From Candidatus Poribacteria bacterium (lineage in GTDB: Bacteria > Poribacteria > WGA-4E > PCPOR2b), in the NCBI GenBank assembly GCA_965218095.1, contig OZ244587.1, forward strand, positions 1,440,001-1,504,000: DNA of 64,000 nucleotides. Reading direction: 5' to 3'. Below, one piece after another: positions 40,002 to 50,936 of this stretch. The notes under the pieces were generated by a model. The model saw only the letters and a program-made list of their open reading frames with translations. It was not told the origin of the DNA and made no database searches. Position numbers and translations under genes: made by a program. Each line of letters opens with the position of its first letter. The stretch's first letter is position 1.

Positions 40002-40670
40002 ATGATAACCTATGCGATGGAAGATTATCTAAAGACGATCTATCTTCTGCAAAAAGATCAGGAGAAAGTTTCTACCACTGCGATTGCCCAACAAATGAAC
40101 GTCTCAGCCGCATCTGTCACGGGCATGATCAGAAAGCTGGGATCGATGGGACTGCTCAATTACACATCTTATCAAGGCGTTGAATTGACAAAAGGTGGGA
40201 AAAAAATCGCTCAAGAGATTATTCGCCATCACCGGTTACTGGAACTTTATCTCGTTGAAATCATGGGATTTACCTGGGACAAAGTGCACGATGAGGCAGA
40301 TAAACTGGAACATGTTATTTCCGAGGAGTTTGAGGAAAAGATGAGCGAGGCGTTGGGGCATCCGACAACCGACCCACATGGACACGCCATCCCAGCAAAG
40401 GATGGAGCGCTCCAAGAAGTCGCTCATGAAACGCTAGTGGAAGTCGATGCAGGGAGTTCTGCCACCGTTCAGCATGTCAATGATAGTAATCCCGATATGC
40501 TGCGTTATCTCGATCAGTTGGGCATCCTGCCGGGCACCGTTGTTCAAGTTGTGGCGAAAGAACCTTTTAACGGTCCGTTGCGTTTGAGGATTGACCAAAC
40601 CGAACACTTTGTTGGCCGTGAAGTCGCAGGAAACGTGTTCGTAGAAGTGTCTCGAAAGAAGGCACATTGA
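40002..40670 (+). CDS. mntR: DtxR/MntR family metal-dependent repressor with FeoA domain
   Basis: EDYLKTIY, RHHRLLELYL, EADKLEHVIS, DPHGHAIP, C-terminal SH3/FeoA. Confidence 0.92.
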   Translation: MITYAMEDYLKTIYLLQKDQEKVSTTAIAQQMNVSAASVTGMIRKLGSMGLLNYTSYQGVELTKGGKKIAQEIIRHHRLLELYLVEIMGFTWDKVHDEADKLEHVISEEFEEKMSEALGHPTTDPHGHAIPAKDGALQEVAHETLVEVDAGSSATVQHVNDSNPDMLRYLDQLGILPGTVVQVVAKEPFNGPLRLRIDQTEHFVGREVAGNVFVEVSRKKAH

Positions 40671-40852
40671 CGGAAAACACAGAACTTATAGCGAGTAAAA
40701 CGCGCGCTTCTCCCGTCAGCCTCAACGAAGGGATCTCTTGCACCTTAATGAGGGGATTCTTCACTGCGCTCTATTAGACTTCCAAGAAACTACCTGCAAT
40801 GAGTTCACAGAAAAGGTAAATTCTAAATTTTACTTTTATGGGGGAGTTGAAT

Positions 40853-41920
40853 ATGGGAATAGTAAAGAGAACTAAGGAGTTTTTATCAAGACGGGATTTT
40901 CTACGGGTAAGCGCGGCAGGGGCGGCCGGGCTTACCGCCACTGGAGCGATTCTGACGTCAAGTCGCGCTCAAGATGCCGCAAAACCTTCGTATGATTCGT
41001 CAGATTCAGCGGATATGAGTATGGGAGGTCCAGGGCATGGTCAAACTGGCATGTTCGGCTCTATCGGGAAAACAACATCTGACGGATTTAACCCGAACAA
41101 ATATCTCACTCACTTCGACTATGGCAAAGTGAGCACACTTCCAGATGGCAGAACCCTGAGAGAATATAGTATAACCGCGATAGAAAAGGAGATAGAAATT
41201 GCACCCGGGGTGATGTTTCCGGCGTGGACATATAATGGCACCGTGCCTGGCCCTACGTTGCGTTGTACAGAGGGCGATCGTGTTCGCGTCTATTTTAAGA
41301 ACAACGCAACTCATCCGCACACCATCCATTTTCACGGCTTCCACCCTGCGAATATGGACGGCGTTTTTGAGCAGATTCCACCTGGAGCCAGCTACACCTA
41401 TGAGTTTGACGCGGAGCCTTTTGGGTTGCACCTTTATCATTGTCACACAATACCTTTGAAGCGTCACCTCCATAAAGGACTTTATGGGGCATTTATTATC
41501 GACCCCAAGCAGCGCCGCCCGGAGGCCAAAGAGTTGGTCATGGTGATGAACGGCTTTGATACGAATTTCGATGCCGAGAATGAATTTTATGCGGTAAATA
41601 CGGTCGGGTTCTATTATCAAGATCACCCTATTCCGCTTAAAGTCGGGGAGTTAGTCCGGATATATCTCGTCAACGTGTTAGAATTTGACCTGATCAATTC
41701 GCTTCACATTCATGCCGGTTTCTTCAAGCTTTTCCGCACAGGCACGAACCTTGATTTTTATGAGTTTACGGACACCGTCATGCTCTGTCAGGGTGAGCGG
41801 TGCGTCGTGGAGTTTACCTATAATTATCCTGGTATGTTCATGTTTCACGCACATCAAGCCGAGTTTGCCGAATTGGGCTGGATGGGCTTCTTCGACGTAA
41901 AGGAGGAAACCCATGTCTGA
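40853..41920 (+). CDS. Tat-exported two-domain multicopper oxidase (T1 site in domain 1)
   Basis: SRRDFL Tat motif; HTIHFH, YHCH...HLHKGL, LHIH, FHAH. Confidence 0.88.
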   Translation: MGIVKRTKEFLSRRDFLRVSAAGAAGLTATGAILTSSRAQDAAKPSYDSSDSADMSMGGPGHGQTGMFGSIGKTTSDGFNPNKYLTHFDYGKVSTLPDGRTLREYSITAIEKEIEIAPGVMFPAWTYNGTVPGPTLRCTEGDRVRVYFKNNATHPHTIHFHGFHPANMDGVFEQIPPGASYTYEFDAEPFGLHLYHCHTIPLKRHLHKGLYGAFIIDPKQRRPEAKELVMVMNGFDTNFDAENEFYAVNTVGFYYQDHPIPLKVGELVRIYLVNVLEFDLINSLHIHAGFFKLFRTGTNLDFYEFTDTVMLCQGERCVVEFTYNYPGMFMFHAHQAEFAELGWMGFFDVKEETHV

Positions 41921-43148
41921 TCTTGATAAAAACAGTTCACATCCTGAACAGCCCGATTCCGATTCAAGCGATAGGTTTCGGATGCCAATTTGGCTCAACG
42001 CGATTCTGCCGATTATCTTGCTTGGCATTTTGCTATACCTTATCGTCAACGGGACTTTAGGGACCTTCCGAGACGTTTTTCCGCCCGTTGAGGAGTTGAG
42101 TATTCAGCGCATCGTCTTGCCAGAGCCCGGTAAGATCGTCGTCCATGTGATCAACGACGGTCCCAGTCCCGTCACGATAGCTCAAGCCACGGTTGACGAG
42201 GCAATCTGGAGGGATATTACTATCGAGCCGAGCAGTACGCTCAAACATCTTGAAAAGGCGACCATCACGTTTTCCTACCCCTGGGTCAAAAATGAAACGC
42301 ATGAAGTGACCTTGATAACGAGCACCGGTTTAACTTTCAGTGGTGAGATTCCAGTTGCAGTGGTGTCTCCTCGGCCGTCGCTAAGGCTCCTTGCGACTTT
42401 TGCGATGCTTGGCATTTATGTAGGGGTTATACCGGTTTGCCTCGGGCTTTTATGGTTTCCTTTTTTGAGGCAACTGTCTGGCGGATGGTTTGACTTTTTG
42501 ATCAGCTTAACTGTGGGCTTGCTGGTCTTTTTAGGTATAGACGCATTTGCGGAGTCCATTGAATTGAGTGAAAGGGTGCCCAGTTCCTACCAGGGGGTGG
42601 CAATTATCACCATCGGTCTGCTTTTGACTATCCTCATACTCACTGCCATCAGCCGGTACGCTAGAGCTGCCTCCGCACAAAGAGGCGAATCATACGGCGC
42701 GTTGGTCTTAGCTTATCTGGTTGCATTTGGCATCGGCGTCCATAACCTCGGCGAAGGGCTTGCTATCGGTGCCGCATACGCCGTGGGCGAGATAGCGGTG
42801 GGAACATTGTTAGTTCTGGGGTTTACCATTCATAATACCACAGAAGGTATCGCCATTGTCGCTCCCATAACCCGCTCGAAGTTCAAATGGATCCATTTGG
42901 TCTGGATGGGACTCCTGGCAGGGGGGCCCACCATCATCGGCACATGGGTGGGCGGGTTTACATATTCTGACGTCTGGTCGGTACTGTTTTTGGCGATCGG
43001 TGCCGGCGCCGTCTTCCAAGTCGGCTATCAGATTGTTAAAGGAATGGCGGCTCAATCCGTTCAATCATTAGTTTCTTTTTCAAACGTAGCTGGATTTTTA
43101 GCCGGATTATTAATCATGTATGTGACAGGCTTATTTGTAGCGGCCTGA
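41913..43148 (+). CDS. ZIP family metal transporter with N-terminal extracytoplasmic domain
   Basis: HNLGEG and HNTTEG ZIP signatures; soluble Ig-like stretch after the first TM helix. Confidence 0.85.
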   Translation: MSDLDKNSSHPEQPDSDSSDRFRMPIWLNAILPIILLGILLYLIVNGTLGTFRDVFPPVEELSIQRIVLPEPGKIVVHVINDGPSPVTIAQATVDEAIWRDITIEPSSTLKHLEKATITFSYPWVKNETHEVTLITSTGLTFSGEIPVAVVSPRPSLRLLATFAMLGIYVGVIPVCLGLLWFPFLRQLSGGWFDFLISLTVGLLVFLGIDAFAESIELSERVPSSYQGVAIITIGLLLTILILTAISRYARAASAQRGESYGALVLAYLVAFGIGVHNLGEGLAIGAAYAVGEIAVGTLLVLGFTIHNTTEGIAIVAPITRSKFKWIHLVWMGLLAGGPTIIGTWVGGFTYSDVWSVLFLAIGAGAVFQVGYQIVKGMAAQSVQSLVSFSNVAGFLAGLLIMYVTGLFVAA

Positions 43149-43169
43149 AATTGCACAGGAGCATATCAG

Positions 43170-43550
43170 ATGAGAAGAATTATCTACCCATTGGCTTTTG
43201 TAGTGATCGTAGCAGTGGTAGGGGGATCCTTATGGGGATTCAACTTCAGTAGGGCGTCCAATAGCCTGCCCCCCGTTAATATTGAGGTCATCGCTAGGGA
43301 AATGAGCTTCAACGAAAATAACCCGCCTATTGTTATTAAAAAAGGTCAAACGATTCATCTCACTGTGAAGAATGAGGAAGAGTCGGGCGTGTATCACGAT
43401 TTCGAGATCTCGGCATTGAGAGTGAAAACACAGCTCCTGGAACCCGGTGAGGCTGAAACGCTTAACTTCACCGCAAATCGTGAGGGGATATTTACCTATA
43501 CATGCCCGTTCCATCCACGAATGATGGTGGGCAAAGTGATAGTCGAATAA
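43170..43550 (+). CDS. cupredoxin domain protein
   Basis: Signal anchor; HDF...YTCPFHPRMMVG. Confidence 0.82.
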   Translation: MRRIIYPLAFVVIVAVVGGSLWGFNFSRASNSLPPVNIEVIAREMSFNENNPPIVIKKGQTIHLTVKNEEESGVYHDFEISALRVKTQLLEPGEAETLNFTANREGIFTYTCPFHPRMMVGKVIVE

Positions 43551-43670
43551 CCCAAAAGCTGGATTGACCGTCACTGGATTTCCGAAAATCTCAGCCTACC
43601 AACCATTTCAGGCTGTACAGTGCCTTCCTACCAATTACTCACCGTCTCAGCGCGAATGAGAGAGGGGATT

Positions 43671-44126
43671 ATGCGTATTAGAATTTATGTTGCCATGGGC
43701 ACCATTGTGATTTTGGGTTGGGTCGGCTGTGCGGGTGTAGACTACATTCGAGATGCACCTGAGCGAGTGAAGGCGGCGGATTGGGCCAAAATGGAAACCG
43801 TTCAGGCCTCTCTCACCGAGTATACTTTTTCGCCGTCAACGTTAGTGTTTCAGGAAGGTGTTCCGTACAAGTTAGAGATAATGAACAAAGGGACGATGAA
43901 GCACTACTTCACGGCTGAGGGGTTCTTCAAGGCAATTGCCACGCGAAAACTTCAATCGAACACCGATGGTGAGATTAAAGCGCCCTATTTTACGGCGATT
44001 GAGATTTTTCCCGGCCGTTCCTTGGACCTGTACTTCATACCTATCAGACAAGGTAGCTATGAGCTTCTATGCACCATCGAAGGGCACGCTGGAAAAGGGA
44101 TGGTCGGGCAGATACGGATCGAGTAA
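43671..44126 (+). CDS. cupredoxin domain lipoprotein
   Basis: Lipobox-like VGC; HYF...CTIEGHAGKGM. Confidence 0.8.
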   Translation: MRIRIYVAMGTIVILGWVGCAGVDYIRDAPERVKAADWAKMETVQASLTEYTFSPSTLVFQEGVPYKLEIMNKGTMKHYFTAEGFFKAIATRKLQSNTDGEIKAPYFTAIEIFPGRSLDLYFIPIRQGSYELLCTIEGHAGKGMVGQIRIE

Positions 44127-44159
44127 TGAAAACAGCCAGCGACTTCAGATAATAGTGTG

Positions 44160-44500
44160 TGAAGCCCTATCGCTCCTTTGGTCATTCCCGCAGTACTGAG
44201 ACATCGTTTGACCTACCAACCATATCGATTTGGTCCCCACGGTTTTCCCCACGGTTTCTTGCTCCTGGTTTGCCATCAGCACCGTTTTGCTTGGTACGTC
44301 CTCATACAAGATGCCCCTTAGCCCACCGACGCTGTAAGATCCAATCTTCTTTCCCGGCATGATAATCGGGTTGACGCCCGTCCGGCAGTAGTTCCCCATG
44401 TATGTTGCATTCGCCCCGATAGGCGGCACTTCGCAGCATCCATTGATTTGGCGCCGATCTGTCAACTTTTGATCACGACCATCATTCCAATCGTCATCAC
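44160..44500 (-). pseudogene. remnant of a GlmU-like hexapeptide acyltransferase C-terminus
   Basis: GANATYMGNYCRTGVNPIIMPGKKIGSYSVG...LYEDVP; no N-terminus; boundaries approximate. Confidence 0.45.
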
Positions 44501-44713
44501 CATTGAAGGACGACGATTTGACGATTTGACGATTTATGTCTCGGCATTATGAAGCGGAAGCACAACGGCGTGCGGCGGATAGGACTGCTTATCTGTTAAA
44601 CAGCTTGGCAAGTCAAAATCCGACGGAATAGCAAAGCGTGGGCAGTATTTTGGCTGAACCTCCAACTTTTCGGGAGTGATACAGCGGAGTGCAAGAAGTC
44701 CGTGTCATCGATA

Positions 44714-45217
44714 TTAAATTCCCATCCGCATGGCAACCGCGGCAAGCAGGATGAGCAGGGCAAACACACCCATGAGGCTGGATACGACTGTCATCTGACC
44801 GCGCATTTTGTCAATATGTCCGGGGAGTTCTTGAGCATCCGGTTCAAGCTCCTCGACGGCTTTCGCCAACCGCGGGGCCATGATGAAGCCGTGAATTGCG
44901 GTTAAGACAATCAGGATGAGGACGAGAATCACTTTGATGCCAAGCATCCGCATGAAGGGAACGATCAAATCCGAATTTTCTAACACGCCAGCGGTAAAGA
45001 TGTTAAATAGCCCGGAGAAGATGAGAATGAGCACGCATGCCCACCCAATCGGTTCAAAGCCTTTGCCGATCTGTGTCAGGATCTTGATCCGTTCCACAGG
45101 GGAAACAGATCGTTTGAAGTGAGGCACAATCACCATTGCCATCATCAGATTGCCGCCGACCCAAATTGCAGCAGCGGTGACATGTAACCATAAAACCAAT
45201 ACACCGAGTATTTCCAT
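44714..45217 (-). CDS. CopD/DUF4149-like four-helix membrane protein
   Basis: WLHVTAAAIWVGG, SGLFN, KVILV...HGF. Confidence 0.75.
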   Translation of the reverse strand: MEILGVLVLWLHVTAAAIWVGGNLMMAMVIVPHFKRSVSPVERIKILTQIGKGFEPIGWACVLILIFSGLFNIFTAGVLENSDLIVPFMRMLGIKVILVLILIVLTAIHGFIMAPRLAKAVEELEPDAQELPGHIDKMRGQMTVVSSLMGVFALLILLAAVAMRMGI

Positions 45218-45587
45218 AAGATCTCCTTTATTTCAGAACATGGATTCGGTAAGATTTATACGCCAACGACTTTCTATTTGATCACAGGTATACTTTTTCA
45301 GTCGTTGGCGTCCATAGTTATCGGACACGAATTGTCTTTTGTCTAAATTAGATATTCGTGCTATGACTGGATTTCTTTTTTCGAGATTCCCGAAAAGTGG
45401 CGAAATGATGAGTGATCGGGTGCGTTTATTGGTCACTTCCTATTTTCGTATCTTTTCACCGCTTCCATCGCTTCGGGTGTTTGTATCTTTCTCAGGACCT
45501 CAGCCGCACCAGAAAAAACCTGACTCTTACTGACAGGTAAAACGTCTCAGATCGTTGTGAAGTTACCACAGACTCTGCTTGGAAGTG

Positions 45588-46427
45588 CTAAATTTTTTCA
45601 ATCGCCTCCGCGGTTAGCCAGCCCGAATTTTCATCGGGTAGATAGATTTTTACCCAATCACTGCGTTCCTCCTGAAGTTGGACCTTGGTTCCCTCATGTA
45701 AGGGAAGAGCGATTGTCTCTGCCCCCGAATCGGGTTCACTCTGCACCATGACTTCGTTTGCGATGACAATTGCATACGGAACGTTGAGATCTCGAATTTT
45801 CAAGCCCAAGAGCAACAGGGAAAACAGCCATGCAAAGCACCCGATCAGGGCGACATAGCGCAGTGCCTGTTGGAGACGAAGATTCTGAATGAATTGGATT
45901 GCGACGATACTTACGGCTGCGATCCAATAAGGAACAAGCCCTGACCACGCGATCTGGTTTGGGTGTAAAGCGCCATACAGGAGCGAAAAGCCGGATGGTA
46001 GTTTAACGAGATCAAATTGATCGATATTCCGTGCCCCGGCGACTTTGAGATTGAAGCTAGTATCTTTGTCCCTTGGCATCAATTGCTTCGCACGCTCGTA
46101 GTTCAAGATTGCCTTTCCCCTATTTCCAAGACGAAAATAGGTGTTGCCGAGATTATAATAAATAACGCCATTTTGAATCGAAGCTGCAATCTGTTCGTAC
46201 TTGTCAACCGCCTGTTGGTACTGCCCACCGGCATATAAAGCGTTTGCACGCCGATAGTTAGCTTCCAAACTTGATTGGGATTGGGAATAGGCGTACCCCT
46301 CCCAGAAGGTGAAAAAAAGAAAAGAGACGAAAAACGTAAAACGTGAGACGAATCCTTCCTTATCTCCTATCCTTCTATTCTTCCATCCTTCCAATCTCCT
46401 TACCTCATCATACATAATGCACATCAT
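45588..46427 (-). CDS. BatE-like TPR and SH3 domain protein
   Basis: YYNLGNTYFRLG...AILNYERA, two TM helices, LHEGTKV...GWL. Confidence 0.8.
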   Translation of the reverse strand: MMCIMYDEVRRLEGWKNRRIGDKEGFVSRFTFFVSFLFFTFWEGYAYSQSQSSLEANYRRANALYAGGQYQQAVDKYEQIAASIQNGVIYYNLGNTYFRLGNRGKAILNYERAKQLMPRDKDTSFNLKVAGARNIDQFDLVKLPSGFSLLYGALHPNQIAWSGLVPYWIAAVSIVAIQFIQNLRLQQALRYVALIGCFAWLFSLLLLGLKIRDLNVPYAIVIANEVMVQSEPDSGAETIALPLHEGTKVQLQEERSDWVKIYLPDENSGWLTAEAIEKI

Positions 46428-48250
46428 GTCTTCAACTGCCGTTCCTTCTCAATTTCGTGAATCGCTCCCCTGGCATGATTGAGGGCATTCTCCATATCTT
46501 TTGGATTCGCAGCAACTGGGGCAAAGCGCACATAGTCGCACCGCGTCAGCATATCAACGAACCGCGTCGTCGAAGATTCAGGGATGTCCCCTGCCTCACA
46601 TCGCTGACGTGCAAGTTCGGGATTGAGTCCACCTGGCGAAATATCAAAGATGTCTCCAACATACTGGTACAATCCGGTGGCGAGGGCAGCGAAAAACGCC
46701 GCCGGTCCATTCTCGATCTGCTTCTCAGCTTCTTCAAGGGTTTTGAGAGCTCGTTTTGCAGCGTTCTGCTGTCGAAGCTGTTTGGGGTCGCGCCTGGCTT
46801 GCTGCTGCTGATAGAACCATACAAACAAAACAACGATGACTGGCAAGATCTGGGCAATCCAGAACGATGCACGTCTATAGGGATAAGCACTTCTATCCGT
46901 CAATTTCAGCGAATCCGGCTTGATATATCGAATATCCTGTTTGAGGAGGTGCATCTCGGAATGCGTCACTTGTGTGGTTGTTGTTCTGGTTGCTCCATCC
47001 GGGTTAGGACGCACAGTGATAGTAATTGGAACCGTACGTGCAATATGGTAACTCTCCTTTTGTGGATGGAAATAAGAGTACTCAATTGCAGGAATCGTCC
47101 AATTCCCTTCTTCTGATGGAATGATGACATATTCATACGTGCGATTCCCCTGAATTTTTGAGTCCACTTCGCCAATGGCATCCGTAATCTTGGGGTCATA
47201 TATCGTCATATTGGGGATGGTGGGAATAACCGGCGGTGTCAACGTCTCGATATTCCCTTGTCCTGAGACTTGTAACCGCAGGGTAAATCCATCTCCCGCT
47301 TTGATCGTCTGCGGATGTGCTTGCGTATGAATCTGATATTGACCGACGGTGCCCGTGAAGTTCGCGGGTTTCCCCGCTTGAGGAAGTGGGCGAACATCGA
47401 CTTCGATTGCATCCGCGACCAATACACTGGGCGAATTGATGCGACCAAAACCCCTGGAAATGGGAAGAGAAAGTTTCGCCGGTTCGATTGTCACCTTGCC
47501 GGCGGTAATTGGAAACAGCGCAACCTGAATCTCCTCAACCCAATAGGGCGTTCCGTCAATCACCTGTCTTTGACGCCGTTTTCTTTCCAAATCCTTTTCC
47601 CAAAAGCGCGTCAAAGGCGGTGGGGCATATTTGGGCGAGTTGAAACCTGGAATCCGGGCGTTATAGAGATACCGAAAGGCATATGTGATCTGTTCATTGA
47701 CATAGGGACGTGAATTATCGACAGAGGCTTCAACTTTATGGGCGCCACCGGAAAATGTATCCGTGAAAGCATTCGGACTCGATTCCCTTCGGGAGGGCTT
47801 CTGCGATTTTGGTAATACTTTGATGGTGATCGGATCAGTTGTGTAGGTTTTGCGGCCATAGGTAATATGAATTTCCGGCACTGTAAATCGGCCTACTTTC
47901 TCAGGTCTCAACAGATAAGACCAGGTCATTGAGACAGAAATCTGATTGCCGATGAGATTATATTGACTGGATGAGCCGCTATAAGAGACCTCGAACGCTG
48001 GCAACGATTTCAGCCTTGGTGGCGCAATCTGGCTGAATTGTGTGTTGCCAGAAAGCGTCACGCGCAGAGTTGCCATCTCGTTGAGATTGATAATTTTCGG
48101 GGTGACACCTGCTGATACCGTAATGTCCTGGCTGTAAGCAACCCCGGCAAAGAGAGCGTAAACAAAGAGCCCAGGAAGCGTGAAACGTGAAACGTGATGC
48201 GTGATGCGTGATGCGTATTGCGTAAGAATATGATTCATTGATTTGCCCAT
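46424..48250 (-). CDS. batD: BatD family protein
   Basis: Repeated Ig-like modules, YVNEQITY, VRPLP..GKPANFTGTVG, GNIETL, DIRYIK, CDYVRFAP. Confidence 0.85.
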   Translation of the reverse strand: MGKSMNHILTQYASRITHHVSRFTLPGLFVYALFAGVAYSQDITVSAGVTPKIINLNEMATLRVTLSGNTQFSQIAPPRLKSLPAFEVSYSGSSSQYNLIGNQISVSMTWSYLLRPEKVGRFTVPEIHITYGRKTYTTDPITIKVLPKSQKPSRRESSPNAFTDTFSGGAHKVEASVDNSRPYVNEQITYAFRYLYNARIPGFNSPKYAPPPLTRFWEKDLERKRRQRQVIDGTPYWVEEIQVALFPITAGKVTIEPAKLSLPISRGFGRINSPSVLVADAIEVDVRPLPQAGKPANFTGTVGQYQIHTQAHPQTIKAGDGFTLRLQVSGQGNIETLTPPVIPTIPNMTIYDPKITDAIGEVDSKIQGNRTYEYVIIPSEEGNWTIPAIEYSYFHPQKESYHIARTVPITITVRPNPDGATRTTTTQVTHSEMHLLKQDIRYIKPDSLKLTDRSAYPYRRASFWIAQILPVIVVLFVWFYQQQQARRDPKQLRQQNAAKRALKTLEEAEKQIENGPAAFFAALATGLYQYVGDIFDISPGGLNPELARQRCEAGDIPESSTTRFVDMLTRCDYVRFAPVAANPKDMENALNHARGAIHEIEKERQLKT

Positions 48251-48262
48251 TCGCGCATCCCC

Positions 48263-49081
48263 CTACCAATCCTTCTCAGGTCTCTGGCGCCTCGAAAATC
48301 GCTTTCGTAATATCTTCTTCTGAATTTCCTTTTCGTCATCTTTGACGGCCTCCAGGAGTCGAATTGCATCTTCCCTGGATATTCCATCTGGCTGTTGGGC
48401 TGAGTCTTGTTCAGGTTGTGAAGGGGATTCTTCGGATTCGGCTACCTGTTCAGATGATTTCTGGTTCTGTTGATTTTGCTGCTGTGGCTCTGATTTTTCC
48501 GCATTCTGCTGATTTTGCGCTTGTTCTCTCTCATTTTGTTGATTTTCTTCGGCGTTCTGTTGGCTCTGTTTTTGTTGATCGCTCTCCCCATCCTCGGAAT
48601 CTGATTGGTTCTGGTGCCGTGATTGTTGTTGCGTCAACTTCTCAAACGCGAGCTCAAGGTTATGCTTGGCATCTAGATCGGTCGGGTTCAGGCGTAGTGC
48701 GCTTTTGTAGGATCGGATTGCCCCCTCCAAATCACCTGATTGGACTTGAGCATTCCCCAGGTTGTAATATCCTTTTGACCGACGAATCGGATCTTTTGCG
48801 TCGAGTGATTGTCTGAATTCATCTGCGGCTTTTTCAAACCGTTTGTTTTGGTAAAGGACTGTGCCCAGGTTATAGTGGGAAATCGTATCTTCAGGTCGAT
48901 CTACCACTGCCGATTGGTACGCTTCGAGGGCGGCATTGTACTCTCCCGCTTCATAATGTTTGTTCCCATCCTTGATGAGGCGGGACCAACTTCCTATCCA
49001 CCCGATCAGAAAAAGGGATAAAAGGATGAGCGTGTAGCGCGAATTGTGGATTGTAGATTGTGGCGAATAACGGGTTCTCAT
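48263..49081 (-). CDS. BatC-like TPR protein with Gln-rich linker
   Basis: YNLGN TPRs, AKHNLELA, Q-rich tail, C-terminal EKDW. Confidence 0.85.
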   Translation of the reverse strand: MRTRYSPQSTIHNSRYTLILLSLFLIGWIGSWSRLIKDGNKHYEAGEYNAALEAYQSAVVDRPEDTISHYNLGTVLYQNKRFEKAADEFRQSLDAKDPIRRSKGYYNLGNAQVQSGDLEGAIRSYKSALRLNPTDLDAKHNLELAFEKLTQQQSRHQNQSDSEDGESDQQKQSQQNAEENQQNEREQAQNQQNAEKSEPQQQNQQNQKSSEQVAESEESPSQPEQDSAQQPDGISREDAIRLLEAVKDDEKEIQKKILRKRFSRRQRPEKDW

Positions 49082-49490
49082 CTGCCTGTTTCCCTGAATT
49101 ACCTGTCTTTAGGCGAATTGAGAAGCATGTTCCGCTATTATAGCCTACATTGAATCCATTTTTCAATTGGTGTTTTATACAACCTGAAAGGTTGTGGACG
49201 CTAGCGTAGGCAATAGCGCTATTAACTAATTGAGCACGATTCCGTTATAAATTCTATCAGGAAATCTCCTACATGCGTTTAATAGACAAATAAAAAGGCT
49301 GGAGAGGGGAAATCTACCGTCTTAATTTCTCCTTCCAGCCTTTCAATCAAAGTAATTTTCAAAAAGAAAGTAATGGTTTGTAGTGAAGTCTCTAGCGTAG
49401 CGAGATCCCGATCTATCTACTGGTGTGTCTGCTTGCAAAATGTTGGCAATTTCAGTCATCGTTTGTTGGTTCACGGATTCGCGGATTCCC

Positions 49491-50936
49491 TCATCCATCG
49501 AGTTTCTGCTGCAGAAGTTGATTGACCATTTGTGGATTGGCTTTGCCTTTGGTGGCTTTCATCACCTGACCAACCAGGAAACCGATTGCTTTCTTTTTCC
49601 CATCTCGGTAATCTTGCGCGGGTCCCGGATTTTCTGTGATAACCTGATCAATGACTACCTCGATCGCCGACGCATCGGAAATTTGTGAAAGCCCTTTTTC
49701 CTCGACGATCTGGCTTGGCGTTTTGCCGGTTTCAAAGACATCGGGGAGTACGGATTTCGCGATTTTGCCGCTGATTGTCCCATCCTTGATCAGCTTAATC
49801 AATTCGCTAAGATGGGCGGGCGTCACTTTGGAATCCTGAATCTCCATTCCTTCACTGTTTAACAGGCCCGAAAGATCCCCCATGATCCAGTTACTGCTCG
49901 CCTTGGGATCGCTACTCAGACGCGCGGTTTGGTCGAAAAAATCCGCCATCTGCCGCGTAGTCGTGAGGAAGCCCGCATTGTAGGTGGGAATGTCGTACTC
50001 TTCCACGAAACGCTCGCGCCGATCAGCGGGCAGCTTCGGCAAGGACGATCGGATGCGCTCAACCTTTTCCGGCTCGACCTCAAAAGGAACAAGATCTGGT
50101 TCCGGGAAGTAGCGGTAGTCGTGGGCTTCCTCCTTACTCCGCATGGGCGAAGTCCTACCGGTGTCGAGGTCAAACAGCAGGGTGACCTGCTCGACTTCCC
50201 GACCTTCATCGAGCATTCTCGCTTGACGTTTTTCTTCGTATTCCAGGGCAGTCAGAACATGTTGAAATGAATTCTTATTTTTTAACTCTGTCCGAGTCCC
50301 AAATGCCTCGCTGCCAACGAGGCGCAGAGAGATGTTTGCATCACATCGAAAACTGCCCTCTTCCATGTTGCAATCGCTGACGTCCACATATTCCATGATC
50401 TCTTTGACGGCGCGCCAGTAGACGATCGCTTCGGCCGGTGATCGCAGATCGGGCTCACTCACAATCTCAAGCAGCGGTACACATGAACGGTTGAAATCCA
50501 CATAACTCCGATTCGGGTTTCCGGTCACGTCCACATGGACGAGTTTGCCAGCATCCTCCTCCAGGTGAATGCGATGGATGCGGACACGCTTTATCTCGCC
50601 TTCAAATTCAAAATCGACGTAGCCATCGTAGCTCAAAGGCAGATCGTATTGTGAGATCTGGTAGCCCTTCGGCAGATCTGGATAGAAGTAGTTTTTCCGA
50701 TCGAACTTGCTATAAGACGCGATCTTACAATTCATTGCTAAGGCGGCGCGGATCGCAAACTCTATCGCGCGCTCATTCATTACGGGCAGCACACCCGGCA
50801 TGCCTAAACAGATGGGGCATGTTTGCGTATTCGCCTCTGATCCAAACTTAACTTCGCAATTACAAAAGAGTTTACTGTTTGTCGATAATTCGGCGTGGAT
50901 CTCCAGGCCAATTACGGTTTCGTATTTATTTGCCAT
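49491..50936 (-). CDS. gatB: Asp-tRNA(Asn)/Glu-tRNA(Gln) amidotransferase subunit B
   Basis: IGLEIHAEL, RKNYFYPDLPKGYQISQ, HLEEDAGK, DYRYFPEPDL. Confidence 0.97.
   Translation of the reverse strand: MANKYETVIGLEIHAELSTNSKLFCNCEVKFGSEANTQTCPICLGMPGVLPVMNERAIEFAIRAALAMNCKIASYSKFDRKNYFYPDLPKGYQISQYDLPLSYDGYVDFEFEGEIKRVRIHRIHLEEDAGKLVHVDVTGNPNRSYVDFNRSCVPLLEIVSEPDLRSPAEAIVYWRAVKEIMEYVDVSDCNMEEGSFRCDANISLRLVGSEAFGTRTELKNKNSFQHVLTALEYEEKRQARMLDEGREVEQVTLLFDLDTGRTSPMRSKEEAHDYRYFPEPDLVPFEVEPEKVERIRSSLPKLPADRRERFVEEYDIPTYNAGFLTTTRQMADFFDQTARLSSDPKASSNWIMGDLSGLLNSEGMEIQDSKVTPAHLSELIKLIKDGTISGKIAKSVLPDVFETGKTPSQIVEEKGLSQISDASAIEVVIDQVITENPGPAQDYRDGKKKAIGFLVGQVMKATKGKANPQMVNQLLQQKLDG

Noticed and set aside
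40853-41920. Copper nitrite reductase (nirK) call
   Set aside because: Has all four HxH-type motifs of a trinuclear oxidase site and a metal-uptake context
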